Positions 9,460 to 18,907 of a DNA stretch of 64,000 nucleotides are shown piece after piece. How positions within the stretch are numbered: the stretch's first letter is position 1; each line of letters begins with the position of its first letter. The stretch is from Hydrurus foetidus (Eukaryota). The stretch covers positions 1,240,001 through 1,304,000 of the forward strand of contig UYFQ01000001.1 in NCBI GenBank assembly GCA_900617105.1, in the 5' to 3' direction. A model generated the notes under the pieces. It made no database searches and was not told the DNA's origin. It saw only the letters and a list, made by a program, of their open reading frames with translations. The position numbers and the translations under genes were made by a program.

Positions 9460-10947
9460 ATGCAGTACACCTTGCAACAACCCCTCGCGCACAGTTACCA
9501 AACTCTGGCCGATGCCCTCATCGCCGACATCCATGCTGAACGCTACCGGGTGGGCGATCAACTGCCCTCCGTGCGGGCGCTGGCCACGGCCAAGGCGGTG
9601 AGCGTCTCTACCGCCACACGCTGTTACCGCCACATTGAAGCCTTGGGCTATGCGGCGGCCCGCTACAAATCAGGGATGTACGTGGCGGACTGGAAGGCGC
9701 TGCACGCTTTGCGCCATCCGACCATGAATGCCGCTGCTGTCGCGACGCCAGCCGTTGCGGCACAGACGTTCACAGCACCGCCTATGGAATACGACAAGCT
9801 GGTGTCCCAGCAGCACCGCATGTCGCAGCTCTACGCCCTGACCGATCAACCCCTGACCTTGAGTCTGCACCTCGCCAACGCCGCCCCCGAGTGGTATCCC
9901 TGCGATGCTTTGGCCAAAATCGGCCAGCGCTTGCTGCGTGCTGACCCGTTGGCGATTGGCGCGTACCCCACCGGAACAGGTTTGCCCGCTTTCAAAGCCG
10001 AATTGGTCAAAAACATGGCGGGCTTTGGCGTGGACGTATTGCCGCAAGACCTGCTCATCACCAATGGCAGCACCGAGGCGCTGAGTGTCGCTTTGCGTGC
10101 CGTGGCCCAACCCGGTGACGCGGTGGTGGTGGAATCTCCCGTGTACTTTGGCCTGCTGCAAGTGTTGGAAAACCTGGGCCTCAAAGCCATTGAGATCCCC
10201 TGCGTCCCCGGTGCAGGCATCAACTTGGACGTGCTTGATTACGCGCTGGAACACCAAAGCGGCATCCGCGCTATCGTGGCCATGCCGAATTTTCAAAATC
10301 CGCTGGGCTGCACCATGAGCGATGCCCACAAACGGCGGCTGCTCGCCATCGCCGAACAGCACGATGTGGCCTTGATAGAAGACGACGTGTTCGGCGATCT
10401 TTCGCATGCCCAAGAACGCCCCCAACCCGTGAAAGCCTGGGATCGGCATGGGCGCGTCATTTACTATGGTTCTTGTAGCAAGAGCTTGGCCCCAGCCTTT
10501 CGGTTGGGCTGGGTTTCAGGGGGCAGGTGGCACAGCCGCATCGAATCGTTGAAGCTCGCCCATTCCCTGGTCACGCCGCTGTTTGAGCAAGCGGTGCTGG
10601 CCGACTTCATGAAATCAGGCGGCTGGCCCCTGCACCTGCGAGCCCTGCGCGACCGCTTGGCCGCAACCGTCCCCCTGGCTGTCGCAGCGGTACGTGCGCA
10701 TTTCCCCGCAGGCACCCAAGTCATCAGCCCGGCGGGTGGTTGGTGGCTGTGGATCGCACTGCCACCGCAATTCGATGCCCTGGCCTTGCTGCGCTTGGCC
10801 GTCAGCCAAGGCATTGCCTTCACGCCAGGAGCCTTGTTTTCGGCATCCGGCAAGTACACCAACTACCTGCGCATCAACACCGGACGGCCGTGGAGCCGAG
10901 CGCTGGAGCAGGGGATTCGCACGCTGGGGCGCTTGGCATCAACGTGA
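9460..10947 (+). CDS. MocR/GabR-type GntR regulator with PLP aminotransferase domain
   Basis: wHTH LPSVRALA..VSVSTA; IEDDVFGDL, SKSLAPAFRLGW; divergent from BenE-family gene. Confidence 0.9.
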   Translation: MQYTLQQPLAHSYQTLADALIADIHAERYRVGDQLPSVRALATAKAVSVSTATRCYRHIEALGYAAARYKSGMYVADWKALHALRHPTMNAAAVATPAVAAQTFTAPPMEYDKLVSQQHRMSQLYALTDQPLTLSLHLANAAPEWYPCDALAKIGQRLLRADPLAIGAYPTGTGLPAFKAELVKNMAGFGVDVLPQDLLITNGSTEALSVALRAVAQPGDAVVVESPVYFGLLQVLENLGLKAIEIPCVPGAGINLDVLDYALEHQSGIRAIVAMPNFQNPLGCTMSDAHKRRLLAIAEQHDVALIEDDVFGDLSHAQERPQPVKAWDRHGRVIYYGSCSKSLAPAFRLGWVSGGRWHSRIESLKLAHSLVTPLFEQAVLADFMKSGGWPLHLRALRDRLAATVPLAVAAVRAHFPAGTQVISPAGGWWLWIALPPQFDALALLRLAVSQGIAFTPGALFSASGKYTNYLRINTGRPWSRALEQGIRTLGRLAST

Positions 10948-10964
10948 TGAATCACCGCAAATAA

Positions 10965-11426
10965 TCACTGCAAAAAATCACTGATATTGACAGACTTAAT
11001 GCCGCTCACTTGGCGTGCAAGGGGTTTGTCATTGGTGATGATGTAGGGGCAGTTGTTTTTAATGGCTGTTGCTGTGTGAATGGCATCCACCATTTTTAAG
11101 CCTTGCATGGCTCGAATATGGGCTGCCAATTCAAAGGTGCGTCTGTCGTGTGGAAGTACCTCAAAAAAGCCATTCTCCTCATCAAACAGCGATTTGATGA
11201 TTTCAATGCTTGTCAGGTCATTTTTTTGCATGGGCTTGACCAAAAGCTCGGCCAGGGTCAGCTCGCCTGTGCATCCTGTGATTTCACCTTCTTCGATGGC
11301 TTTGAAGAAGGGTAAGCAGACAGGTGAAAATTCTTTGATGTCATCCAATATATAAATAATGATATTGGTGTCAACGTAAACCCTTTTTCCTTGCATCTCT
11401 GCAAGCTGCGCTGTTAACGATCCCAT
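10965..11426 (-). CDS. PIN-domain (VapC) toxin
   Basis: VYVDTNIIIY, ELTLAELLVKP, DAIHTATA, ITND; locally low GC. Confidence 0.88.
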   Translation of the reverse strand: MGSLTAQLAEMQGKRVYVDTNIIIYILDDIKEFSPVCLPFFKAIEEGEITGCTGELTLAELLVKPMQKNDLTSIEIIKSLFDEENGFFEVLPHDRRTFELAAHIRAMQGLKMVDAIHTATAIKNNCPYIITNDKPLARQVSGIKSVNISDFLQ

Positions 11427-11668
11427 GTGTTGCGCTCTTCTTCAAGGTATGTATCAACATCAGCCGCAGATTTTCCGTAAAGCCCCTTGGTAATGCCCAC
11501 GTAATCAGCGATAGAGCGTTGCTTTTGGGCTGGTTTTTTGACGGAAATAGTAATCACGCCATTGCGGTAAGCAATATCCAATAAATCGTTTTGTTGAATC
11601 TGTGCATCACGAACGATGGACATGGGCAGCGTGACTTGATGCTTCTCACGCACGCGAACTTTCAGCAT
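11414..11668 (-). CDS. AbrB/MazE/SpoVT-family antitoxin
   Basis: VRVREKHQVTLP..D.L; acidic tail YLEEERNTWDR; overlaps toxin start. Confidence 0.85.
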   Translation of the reverse strand: MLKVRVREKHQVTLPMSIVRDAQIQQNDLLDIAYRNGVITISVKKPAQKQRSIADYVGITKGLYGKSAADVDTYLEEERNTWDR

Positions 11669-11677
11669 GGTTTACTC

Positions 11678-11713
11678 CAAAAGTAGGAATTTTATAGGAA
11701 TTTCGTACTTTTG
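11678..11713. promoter_or_regulatory. Inverted-repeat operator of the AbrB/PIN module
   Basis: CAAAAGTAGGAAT...ATTTCGTACTTTTG immediately upstream of the antitoxin RBS. Confidence 0.6.
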
Positions 11714-11774
11714 TGTGTCACTGTCACTGACACTGGGCAGCTCAAAGACAGCGGACAGCGTTACCCAATCAAAC

Positions 11775-11993
11775 ATTTAATTTGATAGCTGCACACGCAT
11801 TATTTATAAGGTTTACAGCCATTTTCATGCCATTTTTAAGGCTCCAAAACGTAGTTTTGACGCTGTTTGAGGGTCTGGTGAACAAAGGGACGGGCCTCTG
11901 GGGGGGGGAAGTGCAGAAAAATGGCATTTTTTAGGCATTAAATCAGGCTTTAATGCTTATAAATACTGCGTAAGCAGCTATCAATTTTTGCTA
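11775..11993. repeat. Two copies of the dispersed motif in inverted orientation
   Basis: ATAGC(11785)-N7-GC..GCC(11818) and GGC(11946)..GC-N7-GCTAT(11977). Confidence 0.65.
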
Positions 11994-12046
11994 TCCATTT
12001 AACATTGCGCGGTGGGCTTGGGGTTCATTCGGTAGCGGTACGGTCG

Positions 12047-12202
12047 TTAACGCATCCACCCCGTCTGCGCAGGCCGCCCCGGCAAGCTTAAGCGCCGCCA
12101 CCGCAGTGCCTCTACCGGGCGCGGGCTTCACCCTGCACGGCAATCGCCATGCCGGTGCGGCCATCGGGGATGGGTGGCGTTGAGGACAAGGAGGTCGAGC
12201 AT
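12047..12202 (-). pseudogene. Internally deleted remnant of a cytosine-deaminase-like amidohydrolase
   Basis: Minus strand reads MLDLLVLNAT/(frameshift)IPDGRTGMAIAVQG, then in another frame PVEALR..LSLPGRPAQTGWMR*; these resemble the N- and C-termini of betaproteobacterial amidohydrolases (recalled, not searched). Confidence 0.55.
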
Positions 12203-12232
12203 GGTGTTTTGGGGGGATGATTTGGTGGAGAT

Positions 12233-12469
12233 TTACCCTAGCATTTCCAGCAGCACAGGATGCCAAACAGGCAGCGGAATCGTCCCCATGCGTGACAGCA
12301 GGCGCTGTTTGTCCACGCTGCGCAGTTGGTCTAACAACAGCCTTGCCGGTTTGCCTTGAAAACTCAGTTCGGGGCGACAACCCAAAGGCTGACCGCCACG
12401 GGTCAGCGGTGCAATGATGACGCGCGGCAAAGCGGCGTTCATGTCGTCAGGAGAGATGACCAGGGCAGG
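12233..12469 (-). pseudogene. N-terminally truncated PemK/MazF toxin
   Basis: PALVISPDDMN..VIIAPLT..LLDQLRSVDKQRL; in-frame stop at 12500-12502 upstream and no N-terminal RGD.W.V.LDP segment. Confidence 0.75.
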
Positions 12470-12504
12470 GCCGCAGGCAGGCCAGGTGCTGCTGGCAAGT
12501 CAGG

Positions 12505-12936
12505 TCACCCAAGCCAAGGATTGAGCGTTGTAACCCCGGTATCTTCAAAATGCCGCACATTGCGCGTCACCAATGTCAATCGGTTGACCGCTGCTGTGGC
12601 GGCGATCAGTAAATCGAAATCTTCTTGTGGATGCCCAATGGCTTCCACAGAGGCTTTGAGTTTGCCAAAAGCCTGCCATACGGCCTCGTCTGCGGGCACG
12701 ATGCGCTCTGCATAGGTGGTGCGCAGACCATCGAACCACAGTTGCAGCGTGTTACGCGCACGCCCCACGGCCATGCGCTCTATGCCGTACTGAATTTCAC
12801 CCAAACACACCACGGGCAGGGCGGCATGGTGGGCATTGGCGCTGAGCCACTGTAAAACTTTTTCATCAGGGGCTTTGCGGGTCAATTCAGAGACCACGCA
12901 GGTGTCGAGCAGCCAATGTGCATTGCGCAATGCCAT
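12505..12936 (-). CDS. PIN-domain (VapC) toxin
   Basis: WLLDTCVVSEL, LGEIQYG, DLLIAATA, LVTRNVRHF..LNPW. Confidence 0.9.
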   Translation of the reverse strand: MALRNAHWLLDTCVVSELTRKAPDEKVLQWLSANAHHAALPVVCLGEIQYGIERMAVGRARNTLQLWFDGLRTTYAERIVPADEAVWQAFGKLKASVEAIGHPQEDFDLLIAATAAVNRLTLVTRNVRHFEDTGVTTLNPWLG

Positions 12937-12939
12937 GGT

Positions 12940-13203
12940 TTATCCACCCAGTTGCACGGGGGACTTGCGGCTGCGTCGCACGGGCAGGGTGAAGTCATCA
13001 CTGCGCGGGGCGCTGAGTAAAAACTGCGCAAAACTGTTGTCCATTTTCTGCGCCGGGGCCGCATCTATGCCGTCAGCCACAGACACCACCCGTACCACAG
13101 GACGACCGTGGCGGGTGATGGTTTGAGGGCCGTCGTTCACGGCGCGGTCTATGACTTCGCTGAAGCGGTTTTTGGCGGTTTGCACTTGCCACATGGCGTT
13201 CAT
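12940..13203 (-). CDS. Phd/YefM-family antitoxin
   Basis: WQVQTAKNRFSEVID..GPQTITRHGRPVVRVV. Confidence 0.9.
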   Translation of the reverse strand: MNAMWQVQTAKNRFSEVIDRAVNDGPQTITRHGRPVVRVVSVADGIDAAPAQKMDNSFAQFLLSAPRSDDFTLPVRRSRKSPVQLGG

Positions 13204-13276
13204 GGTGATGTCCTTTCCTGTTTTAATTCTGTCTTGATTTATGTCTATTTTGAGTTAAATTATAGATAGAACACTT

Positions 13277-13879
13277 TCACCCCGCCATCAGCTTATGCAC
13301 CAAATCCGCCGTCGTCGAGGCCTCGTATTTGCGCATCAGCCGTGCCCGGTAAATCTCTACTGTGCGGTGGCTGATGCCGAGCACTTTGCCAATTTGCTTG
13401 GACGTGAGGCCGTCCATCAAAAACGTGGCGACTTCGCGTTCGCGGGGCGTAAGGCCTGCGGTGACGGGGCGCTGAGCGCTTAAATCTTCAAACGTCCAGA
13501 TGCCTGTTTCATGCGGTGCATCGCGGTTCAGGGCGCGGCCTGTGACGTGGCACCAGAAGGGCTCGCCTTTGAAGCGGCCATCAAAGCGCTTCATGATGCG
13601 GTCATCGGCGTAGGTGCCGCTGCGGTTCAAAATGGGGGCGATGCGCTCGCCGGTGCGCTCGTACTCTGCGGCGCTGGGGTAGAGCACCTGGAACGATTGG
13701 CCCGCCAACTGCTCGCGCGTGGCGCCGAACATCTCGCACACGCGCTGGTTGCAATCCACCATCGTGCGGTTGCGTGAGAGCACCAGACCGACGGGGGCGA
13801 GGTCAAAGGCGAGCCGGTAGTCATGAGGCGGGTGAACTTCTGGAGGCGTTTGGCGGGCAAGCTGCACTGGTGGCGACAT
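13277..13879 (-). CDS. PAS + LuxR-type HTH transcriptional regulator
   Basis: PAS (CNQRVCEMFG..L.GQSF..LYP); LTPREREV..GLTSKQIG..LGISHRTVE.YR. Confidence 0.9.
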   Translation of the reverse strand: MSPPVQLARQTPPEVHPPHDYRLAFDLAPVGLVLSRNRTMVDCNQRVCEMFGATREQLAGQSFQVLYPSAAEYERTGERIAPILNRSGTYADDRIMKRFDGRFKGEPFWCHVTGRALNRDAPHETGIWTFEDLSAQRPVTAGLTPREREVATFLMDGLTSKQIGKVLGISHRTVEIYRARLMRKYEASTTADLVHKLMAG

Positions 13880-13978
13880 AGGGTCAACCCTTTACGAAAT
13901 ACTACGTAGTTGAATAGGTAGTATCGTTGTGGTCTGCTGAAATCCTTGGCAACCTGTCTGTTTTGTAAGGAGTTTTTT

Positions 13979-14695
13979 GTGAACAAACTTTTCCCTTCTG
14001 CTGCCGAGGCCCTCAAGGGTGTCGTCAAAGACGGCCAACTGATGGCTGTGGGTGGCTTTGGCCTGTGCGGCATCCCCGAGGCTTTGATTGATGCGCTGCG
14101 CGACAGCGGCGTCAAAGACCTGACCGTCATTTCCAACAATGCCGGTGTAGACGGTTTTGGTTTGGGTAAGCTGCTGGAAACCCGCCAGATCAGCAAGATG
14201 ATTTCCAGTTACGTGGGCGAAAACAAGGAGTTTGAGCGCCAGTATTTGGCCGGTGAACTGGCTTTAGAGTTCACCCCCCAGGGTACGTTGGCCGAAAAAC
14301 TGCGTGCCGGTGGTGCTGGCATCCCAGCCTTTTTCACCAAAACTGGCGTAGGTACGCTGGTAGCCGAGGGCAAAGAGCTGCGCGAGTTCGAGGGCGAAAC
14401 TTTCGTGATGGAACGCGCCTTGGTGCCTGAAGTTTCGCTGGTGAAGGCATTCCGTGCCGACAAATCCGGTAATTTGCAGTTCCGCTTGACGGCACGCAAC
14501 TTCAACCCTGCGGTGGCGATGGCGGGCAAAGTGTGCATCGTTGAAGTGGAAGAGTTGGTAGAAACCGGCAGCATGGTGCCCGATGAAGTGCATCTGCCCG
14601 GCATCTACGTTCACCGCATCGTGGTGAATGCGAACCCTGAAAAGCGCATCGAAAAACGAACTATCACTGAAACAACAAGCAAGGCGGGGGTGTAA
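13979..14695 (+). CDS. scoA: 3-oxoacid CoA-transferase subunit A
   Basis: GTG start after [43 protein letters not shown]. Confidence 0.92.
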   Translation: MNKLFPSAAEALKGVVKDGQLMAVGGFGLCGIPEALIDALRDSGVKDLTVISNNAGVDGFGLGKLLETRQISKMISSYVGENKEFERQYLAGELALEFTPQGTLAEKLRAGGAGIPAFFTKTGVGTLVAEGKELREFEGETFVMERALVPEVSLVKAFRADKSGNLQFRLTARNFNPAVAMAGKVCIVEVEELVETGSMVPDEVHLPGIYVHRIVVNANPEKRIEKRTITETTSKAGV

Positions 14696-14697
14696 TC

Positions 14698-15336
14698 ATG
14701 GCCTGGAATCAAGACCAAATGGCGGCACGCGCAGCCCTTGAACTCGAAGACGGTTTTTACGTTAACTTAGGCATCGGCATTCCTACGCTGGTGGCCAACC
14801 ATGTACCCGCCGACAAAGAAGTCTGGTTGCAGTCTGAAAACGGCATGCTGGGCATCGGCCCGTTCCCAACCGATGATGCCGTGGATGCTGACCTGATTAA
14901 CGCAGGCAAGCAAACCGTGACCACGTTGCCCGGCTCGTCTATCTTTGGCAGCCACGACAGCTTTGCGATGATTCGCGGCGGCAAAATCAACCTGAGCATT
15001 TTGGGTGCGATGCAGGTGAGCGAGAAGGGTGATTTGGCGAACTGGATGATCCCCGGCAAGATGGTCAAAGGCATGGGCGGCGCGATGGATTTGGTGGCGG
15101 GTGTGAAGCGCGTTATCGTGCTAATGGAGCATGTCGCCAAGAAGAAAGACGGCACCGAAGACCTCAAAATTCTGAAGGATTGCACTCTGCCGCTGACTGG
15201 TTTAGGGGTAGTAGACCGCATCATCACTGATTTGGCTGTGATGGATGTAACACCTGATGGCCTCAAAGTGGTTGAGCTGGCACCTGGTGTGACACTGGAG
15301 ATGTTGCAATCAAAGACCGGCGTAAAGCTGGGTTAA
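14698..15336 (+). CDS. scoB: 3-oxoacid CoA-transferase subunit B
   Basis: [12 protein letters not shown] catalytic motif, [10 protein letters not shown]. Confidence 0.92.
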   Translation: MAWNQDQMAARAALELEDGFYVNLGIGIPTLVANHVPADKEVWLQSENGMLGIGPFPTDDAVDADLINAGKQTVTTLPGSSIFGSHDSFAMIRGGKINLSILGAMQVSEKGDLANWMIPGKMVKGMGGAMDLVAGVKRVIVLMEHVAKKKDGTEDLKILKDCTLPLTGLGVVDRIITDLAVMDVTPDGLKVVELAPGVTLEMLQSKTGVKLG

Positions 15337-15444
15337 TGCACAAAACCGCCATTTTTTGAGGTGTGCGGTTAGACTTCAGGCAATTGAGGTGCTTCCATAA
15401 GGTAATAGCCTCTCTTTTTTTAAGAACGGCACCAGACCCTGGTT

Positions 15445-16599
15445 ATGGAATTTGACCCGCGCATGACGCTTGGTGTAGCGATCTCATCGCTATTGATGGC
15501 AGTTGTCTTTCACTTTCAGGCACGCAGCTTTCCAAGCAATATCAACGGTATCCAGCGCTGGCGTTGGGCTTTTGGTTTGTTTGGCATAGCCATGCTGCTG
15601 TTGACCACGCGCGGCTTACTTCCTGATTTCTTTTCCCTGTTTTTAGGCGCATTGCTTATTCAGGCAGGTATTTTGGTGTTTTACAGCGGCCTATGCCAAT
15701 TTCAAGGCCGCACACAGCACTTGGCTTGGGTGGCCGCACCGATGGCGGTTAACACTTTTTCAATGCTCTGGTTTTTGTACGGCGAGCCGCTGCTGTGGGC
15801 GAGGGTATTTGTTAACAGCTTTTGTAGCATGCTGATGCTGTTGTCTTGCTTGGTGTTGGTGATGACGGGTCGTGCAGGTGAGCCGAAGTGGCGCTTTAGC
15901 AAACTACACACCGGGTTTTTTTTGGGATGCTTGGTGTTGATCACGTTGGTGCGTGGCACCTTCGCAGTGGTGTACCAACCCATCGTTCAGCCACAGGTTT
16001 CGAGTCAGCTTTATCTGGTGTTTTCGGTGATTTTCCCCAGTCTCGTGATGGCGATTTCTACTGGCTTGATCCTGATGGCTTTTGACCGGTTGAAAGACGA
16101 GTTGGAGTATTTGGTCAGCCACGATGTGCTAACTGGTGCTTACTCCAGACGTGGTTTTTTGAGTTTGGCCGAATCTGAAATCAGCCGCGCTTTGCGGATG
16201 CAGCGCCATACAGCACTGTTGGTACTGGATTTAGACCATTTCAAACAGGTGAACGACCGCTATGGTCACCCCGCAGGTGATTTGGTGCTGCGCAAATTCA
16301 CCGAGATCACCAAAACCTGCCTGCGCCGTGAGGATTTGATGGGCCGCTTTGGCGGTGAAGAATTCATGGTGCTGCTGCCCGACACAGCGCCTGATGCCGC
16401 CCGTGTGGTAGCTGAGCGCATTCGTACCGCCGTACACGCAACCCGAGTGGCTTCTACCCAGCACCATATTCGGTTCACAGTCAGCATTGGTATTGCCAAC
16501 GCTGCGGGCCGAGGTACGCTGGAAGAGCTGCTCAAGCTGGCAGATACCGCCATGTATTTGGCCAAATCGCGGGGGCGTAACCGCGTTGAGGTTGCTTGA
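15445..16599 (+). CDS. Membrane-anchored diguanylate cyclase
   Basis: Multi-TM N-terminus; DLDHFKQVND.YGH, RREDLMGRFGGEEF (RxxD I-site plus GGEEF). Confidence 0.9.
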   Translation: MEFDPRMTLGVAISSLLMAVVFHFQARSFPSNINGIQRWRWAFGLFGIAMLLLTTRGLLPDFFSLFLGALLIQAGILVFYSGLCQFQGRTQHLAWVAAPMAVNTFSMLWFLYGEPLLWARVFVNSFCSMLMLLSCLVLVMTGRAGEPKWRFSKLHTGFFLGCLVLITLVRGTFAVVYQPIVQPQVSSQLYLVFSVIFPSLVMAISTGLILMAFDRLKDELEYLVSHDVLTGAYSRRGFLSLAESEISRALRMQRHTALLVLDLDHFKQVNDRYGHPAGDLVLRKFTEITKTCLRREDLMGRFGGEEFMVLLPDTAPDAARVVAERIRTAVHATRVASTQHHIRFTVSIGIANAAGRGTLEELLKLADTAMYLAKSRGRNRVEVA

Positions 16600-16673
16600 G
16601 TTTTTTGATATTAAGGCTGAATAGCCCGTAGATTTACGTGGGATAAATTTCTGAACCTGTTTTGAAATCACAA

Positions 16674-16700
16674 TCGAACTACAGTTCGCATTACCGATTC
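16674..16700 (+). promoter_or_regulatory. Possible sigma-28 promoter of cheW
   Basis: TCGAA-N14-ACCGATTC resembles the FliA consensus; mismatches in both boxes. Confidence 0.3.
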
Positions 16701-16723
16701 ACATTTCGTTTGAAAGGGCAATC

Positions 16724-17245
16724 ATGGTCACATCCTCTGCCGACAGTTTTCGATCTTCCGTTTCCCGTAAACCCTTGACCTTGGTAGAGAAGGCTCGCGA
16801 ATACCTCACCTTCCGTTTGGGAGGCGAGGAGTACGGGATCGATATCCTCCGAGTGCAAGAAATCCGCTCTTACGAAGCACCTACGCGCCTTGCAAACGCA
16901 CCTAGCTTCGTTAAAGGGGTGATCAACCTGCGCGGCGTGATTGTCCCCATCATCGATTTGCGGCTCAAACTCGCTTGCGACGTGGTGGACTACACCGTGT
17001 TCACCGTGGTGATCGTGCTCAACGTGAAGGGCACTGAAATTGGCGCAGTGGTCGATTCGGTGTCTGATGTTGTTGGTATTACCGCCAGTGCCATCAAACC
17101 TGCACCTCAGTTTCAAGGCCGTGTTGATTCCAACTACGTCACTGGCATAGCCAAGCTGGACGATCGGATGCTGGTCATCATGGACATTGAGGGGCTGATG
17201 AGCAGCGATGAAATGGGGCTGCTGTTGCAAGTCGCGAAGCAATAA
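16724..17245 (+). CDS. cheW: Chemotaxis coupling protein CheW (orphan)
   Basis: EYLTFRLGGEEYGIDILRVQEIRSY, GVINLRGVIVPIIDLR. Confidence 0.93.
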   Translation: MVTSSADSFRSSVSRKPLTLVEKAREYLTFRLGGEEYGIDILRVQEIRSYEAPTRLANAPSFVKGVINLRGVIVPIIDLRLKLACDVVDYTVFTVVIVLNVKGTEIGAVVDSVSDVVGITASAIKPAPQFQGRVDSNYVTGIAKLDDRMLVIMDIEGLMSSDEMGLLLQVAKQ

Positions 17246-17407
17246 CGGAGGGTTGATGGTGGGATGATTTACAGTGAGGGCTCTTTTCAACCTACCCCTC
17301 ATATGACGCGCTCGACGCGTTCAGCGCCCCACTCAGGCCCCATGTTGCCGCATTTTTTAGAGCTGACTGCAGTATTGCTATGCAAACCATAGCTTTCTAA
17401 GCCTTTC

Positions 17408-18907
17408 CTACAAGCGTTTCAGCCGTATTTCTACCCTGAAACCTTGCGGTACTACCGCTGAGGCGAGTACCTCGCCGTCATGCCGTTGTGCAATTTCACG
17501 CACGATGGGCAGACCTAGGCCGACACCGCCAGGCAGGGCGCTGGCACGCACGAAGCGCTCGAAGGCGCGGGTGCGGTCGGTGTCGCTCAGGCCGATGCCG
17601 TTGTCTTCAACTTCCACCACGGCCAAACCACCGGCTTCTCGGGTGCGCAGGGTGACGGTGAGAGGATGTGGCAAAGGGCGCCTTGACGGTGACGCGCCAG
17701 GGTTGATCAGCTCGTCTTTGGGGCCAGCAGCGTAGCGCACGGCGTTGTCGATCAGGTTGCCCAAGGCTTCGCGCAGCAAAATAGCGTTGCCCATCACTTG
17801 CAGGTGTTCCTCGCCGTCGTAGCCAAAATCAATGCCCTGGGCCAGCACGCGGGGCGCCCATTCGCGGGCGACTTCTTGGGCGAGTTGGGCTACGTCCAGC
17901 GGGGTGAATTCCACGTCACCTTCACTGCGGGCAAGTGACAAAAGCTGATGAACAAGGTGGGTGCTGCGTTCGACAGCGGAGTTGACTTTGAGCAAGCGGG
18001 CTTTGAGCAGCACCGGGTCACGCTCCGTCAGGGCCAAGTCCAGCTGGCTTTTCAAGCCCGCCAACGGCGTACGCAGCTGGTGGGCGGCATCGCTCAAAAA
18101 CCGTTTTTCTTGCTTCACGTTACTGCGCACGGTGGTCAAAAGCTGGTTCAGCGCACGCGCCAGGGCGTGGACTTCCAGTGGGGCTTCTCTCATCTCAATC
18201 GGGCTTAAGCCCTGCATGGATTGCTCCCCCAGTGGCGCCTGGATTTGCGCTTGCAGCTTGGCCAGCGGTCTGAGTCCGCGTGCAACCCCGGCGTATACCA
18301 TTACGCCCAGTACCGTGCCCAAAAGCAGCAGTGGCACCAGCATGTCTTCCACCAACTCGCGGGCAATACGTTGGCGTACGGCATGGCTTTTGGCAACCTG
18401 TACTCGCATCCGCTGGGGGGCATTGGCATCACCGTAGTTCAGCTCCAGCGCTACCAAGCGCAGCGTTTTACCGTCGATCAAAGCGTCATATAGCACGGGT
18501 TCGTTAACGGGCATGGCACTGTTGGGCGGTGGCAAGAGTGTGTTGCCTGCATTGCCAAGCACGAATTTGCCAGGTGGCGAGCTCACCATGTAGCTGACAC
18601 GATCGTCTGGATCTTCTTCCATGATGGCTTGGGCGGCTTTGGGGAAATCAACCAACAAACCAGAACCTACGGGTTTGACTTGGCGGGCCAGCGAGCGCAC
18701 CGATTGCATCAGTGATTGGTCAATGCCGCGTGTGGCGTAGCTCAGCGCTATCCGGTAGGCGAGGGTGCCACCTACCAGCCACAGTACCAGCTGGGGCAGC
18801 AGCAACCACAGCAAAAGCTGGCGTTTAAGCGATAAACGGGCGGGTGTGTTGACTAAAAGGTTGTCAGTAGCAATCGAATTCGCACTGTTTTGCGGCGAAG
18901 AAGGCAT
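17408..18907 (-). CDS. Sensor histidine kinase, TctE-like
   Basis: SLKRQLLLWLLLP N-terminus; FLSDAAHQLRTPL H-box; NLIDNAVRY, EDNGIG, GVGLGL. Confidence 0.88.
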   Translation of the reverse strand: MPSSPQNSANSIATDNLLVNTPARLSLKRQLLLWLLLPQLVLWLVGGTLAYRIALSYATRGIDQSLMQSVRSLARQVKPVGSGLLVDFPKAAQAIMEEDPDDRVSYMVSSPPGKFVLGNAGNTLLPPPNSAMPVNEPVLYDALIDGKTLRLVALELNYGDANAPQRMRVQVAKSHAVRQRIARELVEDMLVPLLLLGTVLGVMVYAGVARGLRPLAKLQAQIQAPLGEQSMQGLSPIEMREAPLEVHALARALNQLLTTVRSNVKQEKRFLSDAAHQLRTPLAGLKSQLDLALTERDPVLLKARLLKVNSAVERSTHLVHQLLSLARSEGDVEFTPLDVAQLAQEVAREWAPRVLAQGIDFGYDGEEHLQVMGNAILLREALGNLIDNAVRYAAGPKDELINPGASPSRRPLPHPLTVTLRTREAGGLAVVEVEDNGIGLSDTDRTRAFERFVRASALPGGVGLGLPIVREIAQRHDGEVLASAVVPQGFRVEIRLKRL

